Below, piece after piece: positions 1-10,628 of a stretch of DNA of 45,100 nt. Source of the stretch: Saprolegnia diclina VS20 (lineage: Eukaryota); NCBI RefSeq assembly GCF_000281045.1, contig NW_008246081.1, forward strand, positions 62,001-107,100, read 5' to 3'. A program made the position numbers and the translations under genes. Under the pieces are notes generated by a model, which saw only the letters and a program-made list of their open reading frames with translations, was not told the DNA's origin and made no database searches. Positions within the stretch are counted from its first letter, which is position 1. Each line of letters starts with the position of its first letter.

Positions 1-150
1 CTTTGCAGGTCCAGTGGATGCGTTTGGCGATCTGTCTGCAGGACCAAAAAGGACGTGATCACGCTGGCTTGGAATCAGACGGCGCCGATTGGCCATTGCG
101 ACGCGCTCTGCGATTTCATTGGCGCACGCGGCCAATTTGCCTTTTGCCCA

Positions 151-1372
151 ATGGCGCTCATGCTGACGACCAAGCAGCTCCAGTACGACATGGAGGTCGA
201 GACAGCCGCCGCAGCGTCGCCGAGATCGACCGAGCAGCGGCGAAGGCGACAGCGGCAGCGCGACGCCCAGCGCCGCCACCGCCAAATCATCGCCGACGAG
301 ATCCACGAGCTGCGCCAGACCGCCGCCTGGCTACGCACGACGCTCGCAAAAACCAACGTGCGCCGCCCGTTGAATTGGAAGGAGGTGGCGCTCGCGCTGG
401 CCGAGACGCGCAAAGAGAGCGAAGAGGAGTACAAGGCGCTTCAGCACGACCTGCGCCGGTGGCAGCACCTCTCGTCCATCATGTTCCAGTGGGTGCAGGC
501 AAGCGAGGCTCCGGTACAGCGAGATGGGATATGATGGTTGGCGACTGTCAGCGTACTCTGTGTAGTGCTACCAGTTGCAAGAGCAGCGGAATTGGCGGCA
601 CCGATCGCTCTTGTCGGACCCGACGGCGCGCAAGATGGGCTACGACTGGATCATGAACCAGATGTACTACAACCTCCCACGCACTTTGGCCGAGACGGGC
701 CTTCCGGCGTCCACGGACGCGTACTTTTCGTTCGACCTTGTCGACGTCGACGACCCGACGCAGACTGTCGTGATCGCGAGTCAGTTTCCTGTGCCCGGGA
801 GCTTTGAAGCCACGAGCTACATCATGGAGCGCCGCTTCGACAGAGCCCACGCCCTCCAGGTAAGTTTCCATGCGATCGTAAATTTGATTTGACTCGGTTG
901 CACAGGTGCTCGATGTCCCCGACAACGACACTCGCTACGTGCGCTTCGTGTACAACCCCGAGTGGCAGCAGAACACCATCATCCGGGTCGTCCGCGAACC
1001 GTCGCGTGTCATCTTCCTCACGCAGTCGATCCAAGAAGACGACGTCCACGGCAGCGGGGGTAGCCAAACACGCTACTGGTCAAGTTGGTACGACCGGCTC
1101 CCAGCATTTTTGTACTATGGAAAACACGTAGGACCATCGTCGAGCGCATCAGCACGACGTGCACGCTGATCAAAAATCGGTACACGAGCGCCGCGTGGGA
1201 AACAGACGCTGGGTACGTCCCGCTGGAAGCCAACGCGTCCGTGCAAGAGCTCATGCAGACGCACCCGACCAGTTGGTTCTCCAAGCACCGGCAATCTCGC
1301 TACGACGGATGGCGCCGAGGCTTTGAAGAGGACATTGCCGACGTGAGCACTCGGCTGGCGACCCTGCAGTAA
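151..1372 (+). CDS. Oomycete expanded-family protein with basic/coiled-coil (bZIP-like) N-terminus and START-like C-terminal region; 4 exons (151-513, 566-859, 906-1087, 1132-1372)
   Basis: GT-AG introns 514-565, 860-905 and 1088-1131 join four ORF-track frames into one open frame. N-terminus RRRRQRQRDAQRRHRQ..ELRQ is followed by the motif LLSDPTARKMGYDWIMNQMYYN typical of this oomycete family. Confidence 0.75.
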
Positions 1373-2128
1373 TTTGTCCCTCAAGTCATTTTGTCGTTTT
1401 CTCACGCCATGGGCTCGCCTCGAGCAATCGTCGGCGTTGCAACGTCATTGGCATTGGGCTGCATCCACCGTCTACGCCCAACCAGCGAGGACGTTGGGAA
1501 GCGGCGAGACTTGTAGCCAACCAACAAGCCTAGTGTTTTCTACATCCACCAGCTGGTGCGCATGCTACGCCGCATCCATTCAATGGGGTGGGACGGGAGC
1601 TTGGACTGTCCTGACTAAGATTTCGAGAGTAGGTTTCCGTTGTGCCTGGCAGCATATTACTCTGCATATTATGCCCCACCACCGTTCGCCATCATCCAAC
1701 CCAGTTGTCCTTTCGGCGTTTGATTGGCCAAAATGAGTTCTTAGGCTGGAGTGCTTGTTACGACCTTCATTCTTAGCCAATCCCAGTGCAGCAAAATTCG
1801 AATCAGGTCGAAATTGCACTTTCAATTGGATCCAACGTGCGCATCTACGGGCGAGCTGCTAGCGCGCTCGCTTGGCCACATTGATGGGCCTTGGTTATAA
1901 GTTTAGTCGCTCGTCGTTCTACTAAGTATATCTCCAACTGGGTTGGCGGCGACTTTCGTCGTCTGGGCTGTCGCAACACTGGTCGTGCTTGCACATCTTG
2001 CCGACCACACGTCCAGCTGCGCGACCCAGTACACCACTTGTTTTTGGTTTGTCCAAAGCCGACCGTTTGTAAACATTTTGCGACCGTCGCTCGCGGATCT
2101 TTCGGCTCGTCAGTTTGGATTTGCCGAT

Positions 2129-3520
2129 ATGAAGTTTGCATCCACGGTCCTCGCGCTCCTCGGCGCCGTCGTCGCCGAGCGCAAGACGTTCACGGCCTAC
2201 ACGCAGCCCATCACGCTCGAGCAAGGCGGCATCAGCAACGCGTTCCACGTGCTCAAGATCCCCAAGGGCCCCATCGCGGTCTACCGCTTCGCCGGCGACA
2301 TTGTCGAGATCGCTGCGGACGGCACGGTCATTCCGACGCCGACGTACGACGCGTACTTGCACCACCACGTCGTGGGCTCGCGCCACAAGCGCTACGCCAA
2401 CCAAGAAGGCAAGTGGACGCCCATGAAGCCCAAGGGTGCGTACCGCGGCGTCGGCTTTGGCGCCGGCACGGAGGCGCGTGGCACGCCCCAAGAGTTTCAC
2501 TACCCGTACGCCTTCTTCACGACCGAGGGTGAAGACGAGTGGATCGCCAACGTCCACATCCTCAACACGCGCCAGATGTCGCCGGCGCAAGCGCACCGGT
2601 GCCTCGAGTGCCCGTGCACGGCCGAAGACGACTTTTCCAACGGGACGATCAACGGCGTCGAGAACCCGCACGAGTGCAGCCCGCAGCTGCTCTACGACAA
2701 CAACACCGTGTGCAACTTTGCGACGTACACGGGCGGCCTCTGGTGCTGCAACACGGGCGAGTTTTGTCTCGAGAAGAACGAGCTGCCGGCGCCGGCGCCG
2801 CCGACGTCGACTTACTACATGCGCTACACGATCGACTATGACGAAATCCAGCCCGAGAACAAGGAGCTGTACCTAGCGGGCTGCTGCGACGCGTCTGGCG
2901 ACCTTCTCCACCACGGCGCGGTCGAGTACGACGTGCCCAAGTGCAACCCGGATGAGAACCCGGGGTGCGTCTACACCATCTCGGCGCGCCAGCACGTCGG
3001 CACGGGCAACGTGGTCTTTGACCTCGGCGAGGACTACACCCTCGACGACCGCGAGGTCGAGCTCGTCTACGCTGTCGGCCATCAGCACCGCGCCGGCCTC
3101 GGCATCCACCTCTACAACGACACGACGGACGAACATATTTGCTCGTCGATGCCGACGTACGGCAACGGCACCGTCGCCGGCAACGAGAACGGCTACGTTA
3201 TCGCGATGAGCACGTGCACCTTCGACCCGCCGCTCCGTATGCGCACAACCGACGTCCTCCGCATCGTCGCGTCCTACGACAGCACGCTCGCGCACACGGG
3301 CGTCATGAGTCTCTGGTACCTCGCGATCGCTGACGTGCCCAAGGAAACCACCACCAAGGTGCTGGCGCCGGCAGCGTCCACCGACAGCAACGGCTGGGGC
3401 TACGTCGTCGGCGGGCTCGTCGCCGTGGCGGTCGCGGCAACGGCGGCGGTCGTCTACCGCCGCCACACGCGCCAAGGCTACGCGCAGGTCGAAGGCGACA
3501 AGACGCCCGCGACGCTCTAA
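2129..3520 (+). CDS. Stress up-regulated Nod19 (SURNod19)-like type I membrane protein
   Basis: Single exon. Signal peptide MKFASTVLALLGAVVA; motifs YLHHHVV, GAGTEARGT, CLECPCT, YTGGLWCC, EYDVPKC, GHQHRAG, ICSSMPTYGNGTVAGNENGYVIAMSTC, HTGVM match the Nod19 family; C-terminal TM helix and short tail. Confidence 0.85.
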   Translation: MKFASTVLALLGAVVAERKTFTAYTQPITLEQGGISNAFHVLKIPKGPIAVYRFAGDIVEIAADGTVIPTPTYDAYLHHHVVGSRHKRYANQEGKWTPMKPKGAYRGVGFGAGTEARGTPQEFHYPYAFFTTEGEDEWIANVHILNTRQMSPAQAHRCLECPCTAEDDFSNGTINGVENPHECSPQLLYDNNTVCNFATYTGGLWCCNTGEFCLEKNELPAPAPPTSTYYMRYTIDYDEIQPENKELYLAGCCDASGDLLHHGAVEYDVPKCNPDENPGCVYTISARQHVGTGNVVFDLGEDYTLDDREVELVYAVGHQHRAGLGIHLYNDTTDEHICSSMPTYGNGTVAGNENGYVIAMSTCTFDPPLRMRTTDVLRIVASYDSTLAHTGVMSLWYLAIADVPKETTTKVLAPAASTDSNGWGYVVGGLVAVAVAATAAVVYRRHTRQGYAQVEGDKTPATL

Positions 3521-3588
3521 CCGTTTTGAGTCGATAATGCATGCTTGTTGCATTTTCTTCTGTCTTATTTACATGGGGCGGACAAAGC

Positions 3589-4154
3589 TTAGTCGATGTT
3601 GGTGTAGGACGTATACGTGCGATGGTGGAGGCGGCGATACATCAGCATCGCCAATACCCCTGCCGCCAGCCATACACAAACGAGCCCGGTGCTGCCACGG
3701 TGCGTAGCGGCTCCGAGGTCCGTCGACCGAAGCGCGGCGCTGTGCTTGTTGACAGGATCTGGCGAAGCTCTGATTGGCGTCGGGCTCGGCAAGACGATAT
3801 CTAGTGCACAACTCATGAGGGTTCTTGTACGACGACGAGATAAAGGACGTACGCCAAGCCGGTGCGACAGTCGTCGTCAATGGAGCGACCGGTACTGCCA
3901 CGGTCAGGTCTAAGTTCTGAGCGGCGCCGCTGTCTGTGCTGTCTGGTTGTCCAAGCAGAGTCGATTCTGCGTCAATCGGCGGTGGTGTCGGGAACGTGAG
4001 CACGATGGCTACGGTCGTAGAGACATTGGCCGACGGTCGAACGATGGATCTGCTACGTACGAGGTCGGTCCTCGTTGGCCATCGCGCTCTCCCACGCGGG
4101 GCTGTGGGCAACGACGGTCCCGAGCAACAATACGAGCACGAGGCGCAGAAGCAT
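3589..4154 (-). CDS. Small Pro/Thr-rich single-pass membrane protein; 3 exons (4154-4061, 4008-3853, 3800-3589)
   Basis: Signal peptide MLLRLVLVLLLGTVVA. Two 52-bp GTACGT..TAG introns (4009-4060, 3801-3852), both phase 1, give an open frame ending in a TM (LVCVWLAAGVLAMLMY) and tail RRLHHRTYTSYTNID. Confidence 0.75.
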
Positions 4155-4769
4155 GGACCTTGGTGCTTGTTGCTGTTTGACTGTCCGATTGTAACGGTCG
4201 GAATGACCCGTCTGTGTGCCCAAGTTCAAGTTGCTTGGGATTCCACCCACACAAAGTTGTGCGCTGCGAGCTTGGAGTGCGAGCTTGGAGTGCGGTGTTT
4301 GGAAATGGCTTGTCGTTCGATGCCACGTCCTTCCAACCGCGAAAGCGTCGGGCATGATTGGCTTCGCTCTTTCGAGTGCTTTCCATTTTGGCTCGTGGAT
4401 CCGTAGCGTCTATGCACAGGCCAACACTTCAAGCGCGGGCAGTACAAGCGGTTATCTGGTAGGAACGTTTCCGTGGTGTGTGGCTCCCAGTTCTTCTGTT
4501 AGAAATATCCCTTTTACGTTTTGACGCAGCTCAGGACGCCCCACAGCTCCGGTCGCAAGGAGTCGCGTGTACGATGCTTGCACTTGCGACGATGACGGTT
4601 GCAGCGTCGATCCGCGTACGTGATACATGTATGCCTGGTCGTGGAAGCCGTGCGCATCGTGAGATTTTGTCCTCCTGGTACCCTAGCTCTCGCAGAGCTC
4701 CTACCCTCGAACACTAAAACATCGAAGGTTTCGGTGTGCATTGAAGGCATATTATGGAGCGTATGAAGA

Positions 4770-6605
4770 TCAGTTGATGATGTCGTACGCGCCGTGGCGA
4801 GCGTGGCGGCTGGCAAAGCGGCGGAGAACAACGCCGGCGACAATCACCGTGAGCACTCCGAGGCAGACGAGCGACGACGTCGACAACGACGAGGCGGACG
4901 AAGACGACGCCGACTGCGCCATGATGGTGTCGTCCGTCCCGTTGCTTGTTGGTACCGGTGTTGCGCCTACATTTATCTCTCCAGTGAGCTACACTGGCGA
5001 TCCATATCAACGTACGGGGCGTGACAGGCGGTCGATGGGTCGTCGCCGCCGGCGTCGGAATCTCGGCGGTTGTCGGCGTTGGGCTCGGCAAAATGATTTC
5101 TACTTGGTGCGTTGGGGAGGGTTCTCCTTGATTCATTGAACGTACCCGTCGTTGGCTCGGGCGTCTCGGTAGTCACAGTAGCTGGCTCTGGTGTCTCAGT
5201 TGTCGGCTTTGGGGTCTTGATCGTTGGCTCGGGCGTCTCGGTGGTCGGCTCTGGCGTCGATGGCCCTTCCTCGGTCGGTTTGGGAGCCGTGGACTTGCGG
5301 GCGCTCGACTGGGGCGTCGGGGTGCTGACTACGATCTCTACAGTGAAATTAGCAACTGCATGCGAAAGAGCCGGGGTTGACCGGTCGTCGTGGGTGCGGG
5401 TGTTTTCGATGGGTCGACGGTTGCCTCGGGGGACGGCGTCGGCAACGGTCTCCCTTGGCCGCCCGTAACATCCAGTGTATCGGGGACGGTCGGGTGCGCC
5501 TTGGCAGCGTCCGAGAAGGGCCGGAGACCCCAGATGGACCCACCGTACGCCGGCGCTTGGCTCCAGACAAGATCTTCTTGGCTCACATCCGGTACGACAA
5601 ACGTGCAGTCGGACTCGATACCGAGGTTGTTGCTGCCGCGGACGATCTTGAAGAAGCCGTTCTCGCCCCAGTAGGTACCCCACGAGTTGCGGATGTGCCA
5701 GTACTTGACGCCGTCTTCCTCGCCGTAGCCGACAATCTCGACGTCGTGGTCGACGTCCATAAAGCCGGTCGTGTCGTTGAAGATGCCGGCCGAGTAGTTG
5801 AACGTGAAGCCGTCGCTGCAGGCGATGCCGCACGTGATCGGGCCGTTGAGCAGCTCCTTCATCATCGCGTGTTCGCCTTTGATGTTACCATACGACGCCG
5901 CGCGGTACCGGACCATCTTGGTCACCGGAAAGCACTGCGCCACCTTGGGGCTCTCGGGCGTGTACATGCAGCTACGTTCCTATGAGACGACTTGTCCACA
6001 AAATGGACGACGTACTTCATGCAGTAGCCCTCGGGCGGGCACGTGCCATTCGTCCACGTGTACTTGGCGTAGTCGGTCGCGTTGTACGGGAGGCACGTCT
6101 CATCTGGAAGGCCGTAGTCGGACATGAAGCGCCACACGTCAATGCCTTCGCCGCCGTCGCAGCCATTCGAGATGTTGTGCCCCGGTGCGCAGTTGAGGAA
6201 GCTCTGGCGCCCGAGCATGACATCGGCGCCAGTGAAGCCTTTCTTGGCGTGCATGATCTTGATGCGGTCTTGGGCCTGCGAGAGCGCGCCGTGGAGGTAG
6301 CACGACCCACAGTACTGCGGAACGTGCTGGTTCCACGACGGCCCGCACACCCCTTGCTCGCACCAGTCGAACGCCGTCGGGAGCACGTTATCGATCTCGT
6401 GCCGCTGCGCCGGCGTCACCTCGGGCGGCGTGTACTCGGGGTGGTGCGGGTGCCAGTGCTCCCGACCGTGCATGGTGCGGTGGCAGCATTTCTCTCTCTC
6501 GTGGCGCTCATGCTTGGAGAGGTGGTGGTGCTGGCTCGCATGGTGGTGCTTGGAGGCGACGCCACCGAGCAGCGCCGCCGACAGCAGAAGCAGCGCGTGC
6601 TTCAT
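4770..6605 (-). CDS. CTSZ: Cathepsin X/Z-like C1A cysteine protease with His-rich propeptide, Pro/Thr/Glu stalk and C-terminal TM; 5 exons (6605-6016, 5971-5382, 5337-5146, 5099-5016, 4966-4770)
   Basis: Cathepsin-X mini-loop NQHVPQYCGSC, catalytic His (DVDHDVEIVGYG) and Asn (IRNSWGTYWGENG). GT-AG introns 5972-6015, 5338-5381, 5100-5145 and 4967-5015 keep the frame through to TM LVCLGVLTVIVAGVVL and tail ...GAYDIIN*. Confidence 0.88.
5147..5262 (-). repeat. Imperfect ~21-bp coding tandem repeat (TPEPTTE-type units)
   Basis: Translation STPEPTTETPEPTIKTPKPTTETPEPATVTTETPEPTT; plus strand shows recurring ggctcgggcgtctcgg / ggctctgg units. Confidence 0.8.
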
Positions 6606-6768
6606 CCTTGAAAAATGAGAGTGACCAGCCTTTCTAGCCGGCGCCGATGGAACATTAGCCGCGTCGGTTCGATGTCTTCGATGCCGTTCGACCAACCGAC
6701 GCGGTGCCGAGGCGTCGTGGCGCGATCCGGATAAAATTGAGTCATCGGCGATGAGTCATTTCGCGGGC

Positions 6769-6831
6769 GGCCAATCAAACGCCGCCGACGTCGGCGCGAC
6801 ACCCGCCGCGACGGGGATTCCAGCCAATCAG
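6769..6831 (+). promoter_or_regulatory. CCAAT boxes in the divergent cathepsin/QPRT promoter
   Basis: ggccaatca (~6769) and agccaatcag (~6822). The same GCCAATC/GATTGGC element recurs in other intergenic stretches (~87, 1722, 14446, 14462, 18385, 37147, 42691, 43780, 43811). Confidence 0.6.
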
Positions 6832-6892
6832 CGGCAAGTTGCACTTTCGAGCGGTCGACCGCTCAGTTCTGAATTGACGACAAAAAGAAGAG

Positions 6893-7974
6893 ATGGACTT
6901 CGCACACCTCCTGCCGCCGACGTGGAAGAAGCACGTGGCTCTCTGGCTCGAAGACGACATTCCGTCGTACGACGTGGGCGGCTTCGTCGTCGGCGGTACG
7001 TCACCCGCGCCCAAGCCACTACGGTACTCATGGTCGTCGTCCCTAGAGGCTGAGCACGTCGCCTTCCTCCTCGGCAAGTCGGATGGCATTGTCGCCGGCG
7101 TTCCGTTCTTCACCGGTGCGTCAGACGCGTGCGACATGAGAGGCTCATCGCCCGTGTAGCCGTCTTTGAGGCCGTCGACTGCAAGGTCGAGTGGACCATG
7201 CCCGAAGGCTCTCTCATCACGCCGTCGGCCGTCCCGTCCGGCAAGATCGTCGTCGCCAAGGTGACGGGTGCTGTCCGCAACATCCTCCTCGGCGAGCGCA
7301 CGGCGCTCAACATCATCACGCGGGCCAGTGGGATCGCGACGCAGGCCCACGCGGCGGTCAAGGCCGCGCGCGATCTCGGCTGGCAAGGGCATGTCGCCGG
7401 CACGCGCAAGACGACGCCGGGCTTCCGCATCGTCGAAAAGTACGCGCTCCTTGTCGCGGGTGCGAGCACGCACCGTCACGATCTGAGCCAAATGGTCATG
7501 CTCAAAGGTAGACTTGTTCATGTACTACAAGCAGAAGCTGATCGCTATATATGTCTAGACAACCACGTGTGGGCTTCGGGCAGCATCACCAAGGCAGTCA
7601 CCAAGGCCAAGGCGGCGGCCGGTTTCTCGATGAAGATCGAGGTCGAGTGCCGGAAGATCGAAGAGGCCATCGAGGCGGCGAATGCGGGCGCGGACATTGT
7701 GATGCTCGACAACTTTGAGCCGCCGCAGCTCAAGGAGGTGGCCGCCAAGCTCAAGCAGCAGTTCCCGCACCTTCTCATCGAGGCGAGTGGCGGCATCACG
7801 AGCGCGACGATGCCCCAGTACCTCTCGCCGCATGTCGACATTGTCAGCCAGGGCAAGTTGACCCAAGGTACGCCTCCCATCGCCCGCAACATGGTCTCAC
7901 GAGAGGGATTAGGGTACGGCTTTTTGGACTTTTCGCTCAAAATCCAAAAGAGCGAGGGTGTCTTGCACCAATAA
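6893..7974 (+). CDS. nadC: Nicotinate-nucleotide pyrophosphorylase (quinolinate phosphoribosyltransferase); 5 exons
   Basis: Motifs WLEDD, LLGERTALN, AGTRKTTPG, HRHDLS, MLK/DNH, IEVE, IVMLDN, IEASGGIT, LDFSLKI. Introns 6996-7046, 7116-7159, 7508-7558, 7868-7912. Confidence 0.95.
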
Positions 7975-8020
7975 GTGCTGATGCAATATGATCTGGCTTT
8001 GATATATGTGGACACGCAGC

Positions 8021-9496
8021 CTATGCGATGTGGGCGAGCCATGCGTCGGGCACTCGGGTTGTCACATCGTACTGCATACGACCCACCCAGACGCCGACTT
8101 CTTTTCGGAGCGCGGCGGCCAGCGACGTCGGCAGCCACGTCACTGCGTCCAGCACCTGCGTGAGCACGCCGATTTGGTGCGTTCTAGATACACCCTGAGC
8201 CACGAAACATCGTGCATGTGTGCACCGTCGTTCGACGCTTGGTGGCTGGAGCTGAAGAATGTACTGCATGCACTGAAGACACTCTGGGAGCGTCGTCGGG
8301 TGCGTCATCAGCGCAACGCAGAGCAGCTGGACGGTCAAGAGAGCGTGGTGCAGCACATCCACTCTACACAGCAGATTACATGAGCGCAAACAAGCTACGC
8401 CCGAGGCGACCGATGAGATTGCATCCACTCCATAAAGATGTCGGGGGTCACGAGTGCGCGCGAGACGTCGTGCAGGTAGCGCCGACGCGGCTCTGTCACG
8501 CCGTAAAAGCGAGCCAGCGTCTCGATGGCAGCGTCACTGGAGACCGCGCTTGCGCACGCGTCGCGTAGTCGTGCTGGTCGTTCGGTGAAGAAGAGCCAGC
8601 TCTACCGAAGGACGCTGAGAGCGCAAGTTCTTCATACCGCGAGGTACCTCGGTAGCGGACGTCGGCGGCGGCTGCTTGTCTAGAACGACCCGAACCGCAG
8701 CGGGCAATGCACTGTATAGCTCGTACACGAGTTGCTGCGTTCGCACAGTTGGATACGCGTCAAGGCGGCTACCGTCAACGTGAGGGTGGCGTGGCTTCGT
8801 GAAGCGGGTACCTCGTGACGAAGCGGCGCGCGACCAAGTACATTGCAGTCGAGTACGTTGCTGCGTCGAACGGCGGTGCGCTGGGCAACAATATGTTGCG
8901 CATCGAGCAAAACGGGTCGCGGTGCGCTTCAACGAGCCATTTCTCAAGCTACAAGAGCGCCTGTCGTACGTCTTGTGCGGAAGAGAGGCGACCTGGTGCT
9001 GCCACAGCCGCGGCCAGCGCGCCCAGAGCTGCCATTGGACGTCGATCTCCACATCGTGCATGTCCTGGCGCAAACGAGCTTCAAAGGACGCGGCGAGGTG
9101 CGACAGAGCAGGTTGCAGGGCTACGAGCGGAGCTACCTCGAGAAAGAGCGGGCGTGGCGCGGCCTCGAGCATGGTCTGCACTTGTTGCAGTGCGGCAGCC
9201 GGGAGCGGCGCCGACGCACTGCGCAAGACGCGAACCACGGTCTCTTTGATGACGCGCTGCTGCAGCGGAAGCGATGGGCGGAGGACCATTGGCGCGCGTG
9301 TGACGCTCAGCGTGAGGTCGGGCTTGGCGTACACGGTGAGTGTATCGAGCACGGTGGTCCGCGCCCAGTCGCGCGCGCCGTCAGCGTCGCCGTCATCGTC
9401 GACGAGCGCTGCGTGGCACACTGTGAGAATGGCCGCATTCCGCGCCGGCGACTGGAGCTGCGCGACCAGCGCCTCCATCTCGTCCTGCGTTGCCAT
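8021..9496 (-). CDS. Hypothetical helical protein, at least 5 exons (3' exon boundaries uncertain)
   Basis: ATG 9496 (MATQDEMEALVAQL). GT-AG introns 8949-8992, 8769-8811 and 8602-8647 preserve an open frame; further exons run to the stop at 8021. No recognised domain. Confidence 0.6.
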
Positions 9497-9586
9497 TGTC
9501 GTGCCGCAATCTTCCGGATTGTCCGGATACGGATCGGCCCCAACACGCAAATAGGAAGAACTTGGTTCATTGCACAACTTGTCTCT

Positions 9587-10099
9587 CTAGTGAAGGACAT
9601 ATTCGTACTCGTTCCACGTCCCGAGCTCGTTCACGTCGGTCTCGAGGAACGTCCAGCCGTACTGCAGCAGGAGCTGGTTCATGCGCGCGTTTGAGACCCA
9701 CGTCGCCGCTGTGATCCGGTGGAGGCCAATCGACTTGGCCCAGACCATGCATGCGTCGTGCATCTCGCGGCAGTAGCCCTTGCCTTGGGCCGTCTCGGAG
9801 AGGATCACGCCCCACTCGCCCTCGCCTTTGGCGACGTCCATGACGCGGAAGCCGGTCGTCCCGACAACGGCGCCAGAGCTCGTCTCGACCACGTCCAAGA
9901 AAGCACCTTCGCAGTTGGCCATCATGCTTCGGTGGGACGACCGCCGGCTGGCCCACGCGTCGTCCGAGAGGTTGCAAAGGAACGGGATGTACTGCATGTT
10001 GGCTTCCTGCGCAAAGATCGCGCGCACTGCGTCGTCCAAATGCGGCGCTGGCGCGAGGTACGTCAAGCGCGCCGACGTTGGAAGCGAAGGGAGCCCCAT
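9587..10099 (-). CDS. GNAT family N-acetyltransferase (RimJ/RimL-like)
   Basis: Intronless 170 aa; acetyl-CoA motif QGKGY, EWGVIL, and ATWVSNARMNQLL..YGW. Confidence 0.85.
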   Translation of the reverse strand: MGLPSLPTSARLTYLAPAPHLDDAVRAIFAQEANMQYIPFLCNLSDDAWASRRSSHRSMMANCEGAFLDVVETSSGAVVGTTGFRVMDVAKGEGEWGVILSETAQGKGYCREMHDACMVWAKSIGLHRITAATWVSNARMNQLLLQYGWTFLETDVNELGTWNEYEYVLH

Positions 10100-10628
10100 G
10101 CGAGAGAAGCCTCAAGAATGAAAATGACCTCCTTGGCTCCCGCGCGCTGCATATGGCGGCGCAAACTGGCCTAGCCCTACACGGTAGATGCCACACGAGA
10201 TTTCGCACCCGATCGCCGTGACCTCTTTCAAGGAGTCGCGAAGTGGGACCGTGATGTCGTGCACCGTGGCGAGGCTCGTGGCCAGGAGCTACTTGCGTAC
10301 ACTGCCCAACGTGGTCGTCCTTTGAGTACTACCTCTTGATCTTCTAGTTAGTCGATCACACAACTGCGATCGACTGTCTCTCCCGTGCCCGTAGAGCACA
10401 TGGCAGGCGTTTGGCTGTTTGTGTTCCGGATCGCAATACATTTCTGCAGTCAGTGCTCGTGCCACTGAAACTCAACTCAACGTTTTGGTTGAGTTGAGCT
10501 GCTTCTTTTAAGCGAGTATACAAATCGACATATAGTTGTGTGCGGTTGAAAAAAAGAGCGTCGCACCAGGTGGCCACTCTCTGGCTCGGACTGTGTCAAT
10601 CGGCCGACAACCCATTTCGCTTGAGCCG

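Noticed and set aside
1943..2128. Upstream extension of the Nod19-like ORF (similar extensions at 55, 10536, 14472, 19840, 32038, 35777)
   Set aside because: Non-ATG starts; a downstream ATG gives a clean signal peptide, presequence or codon-biased start.
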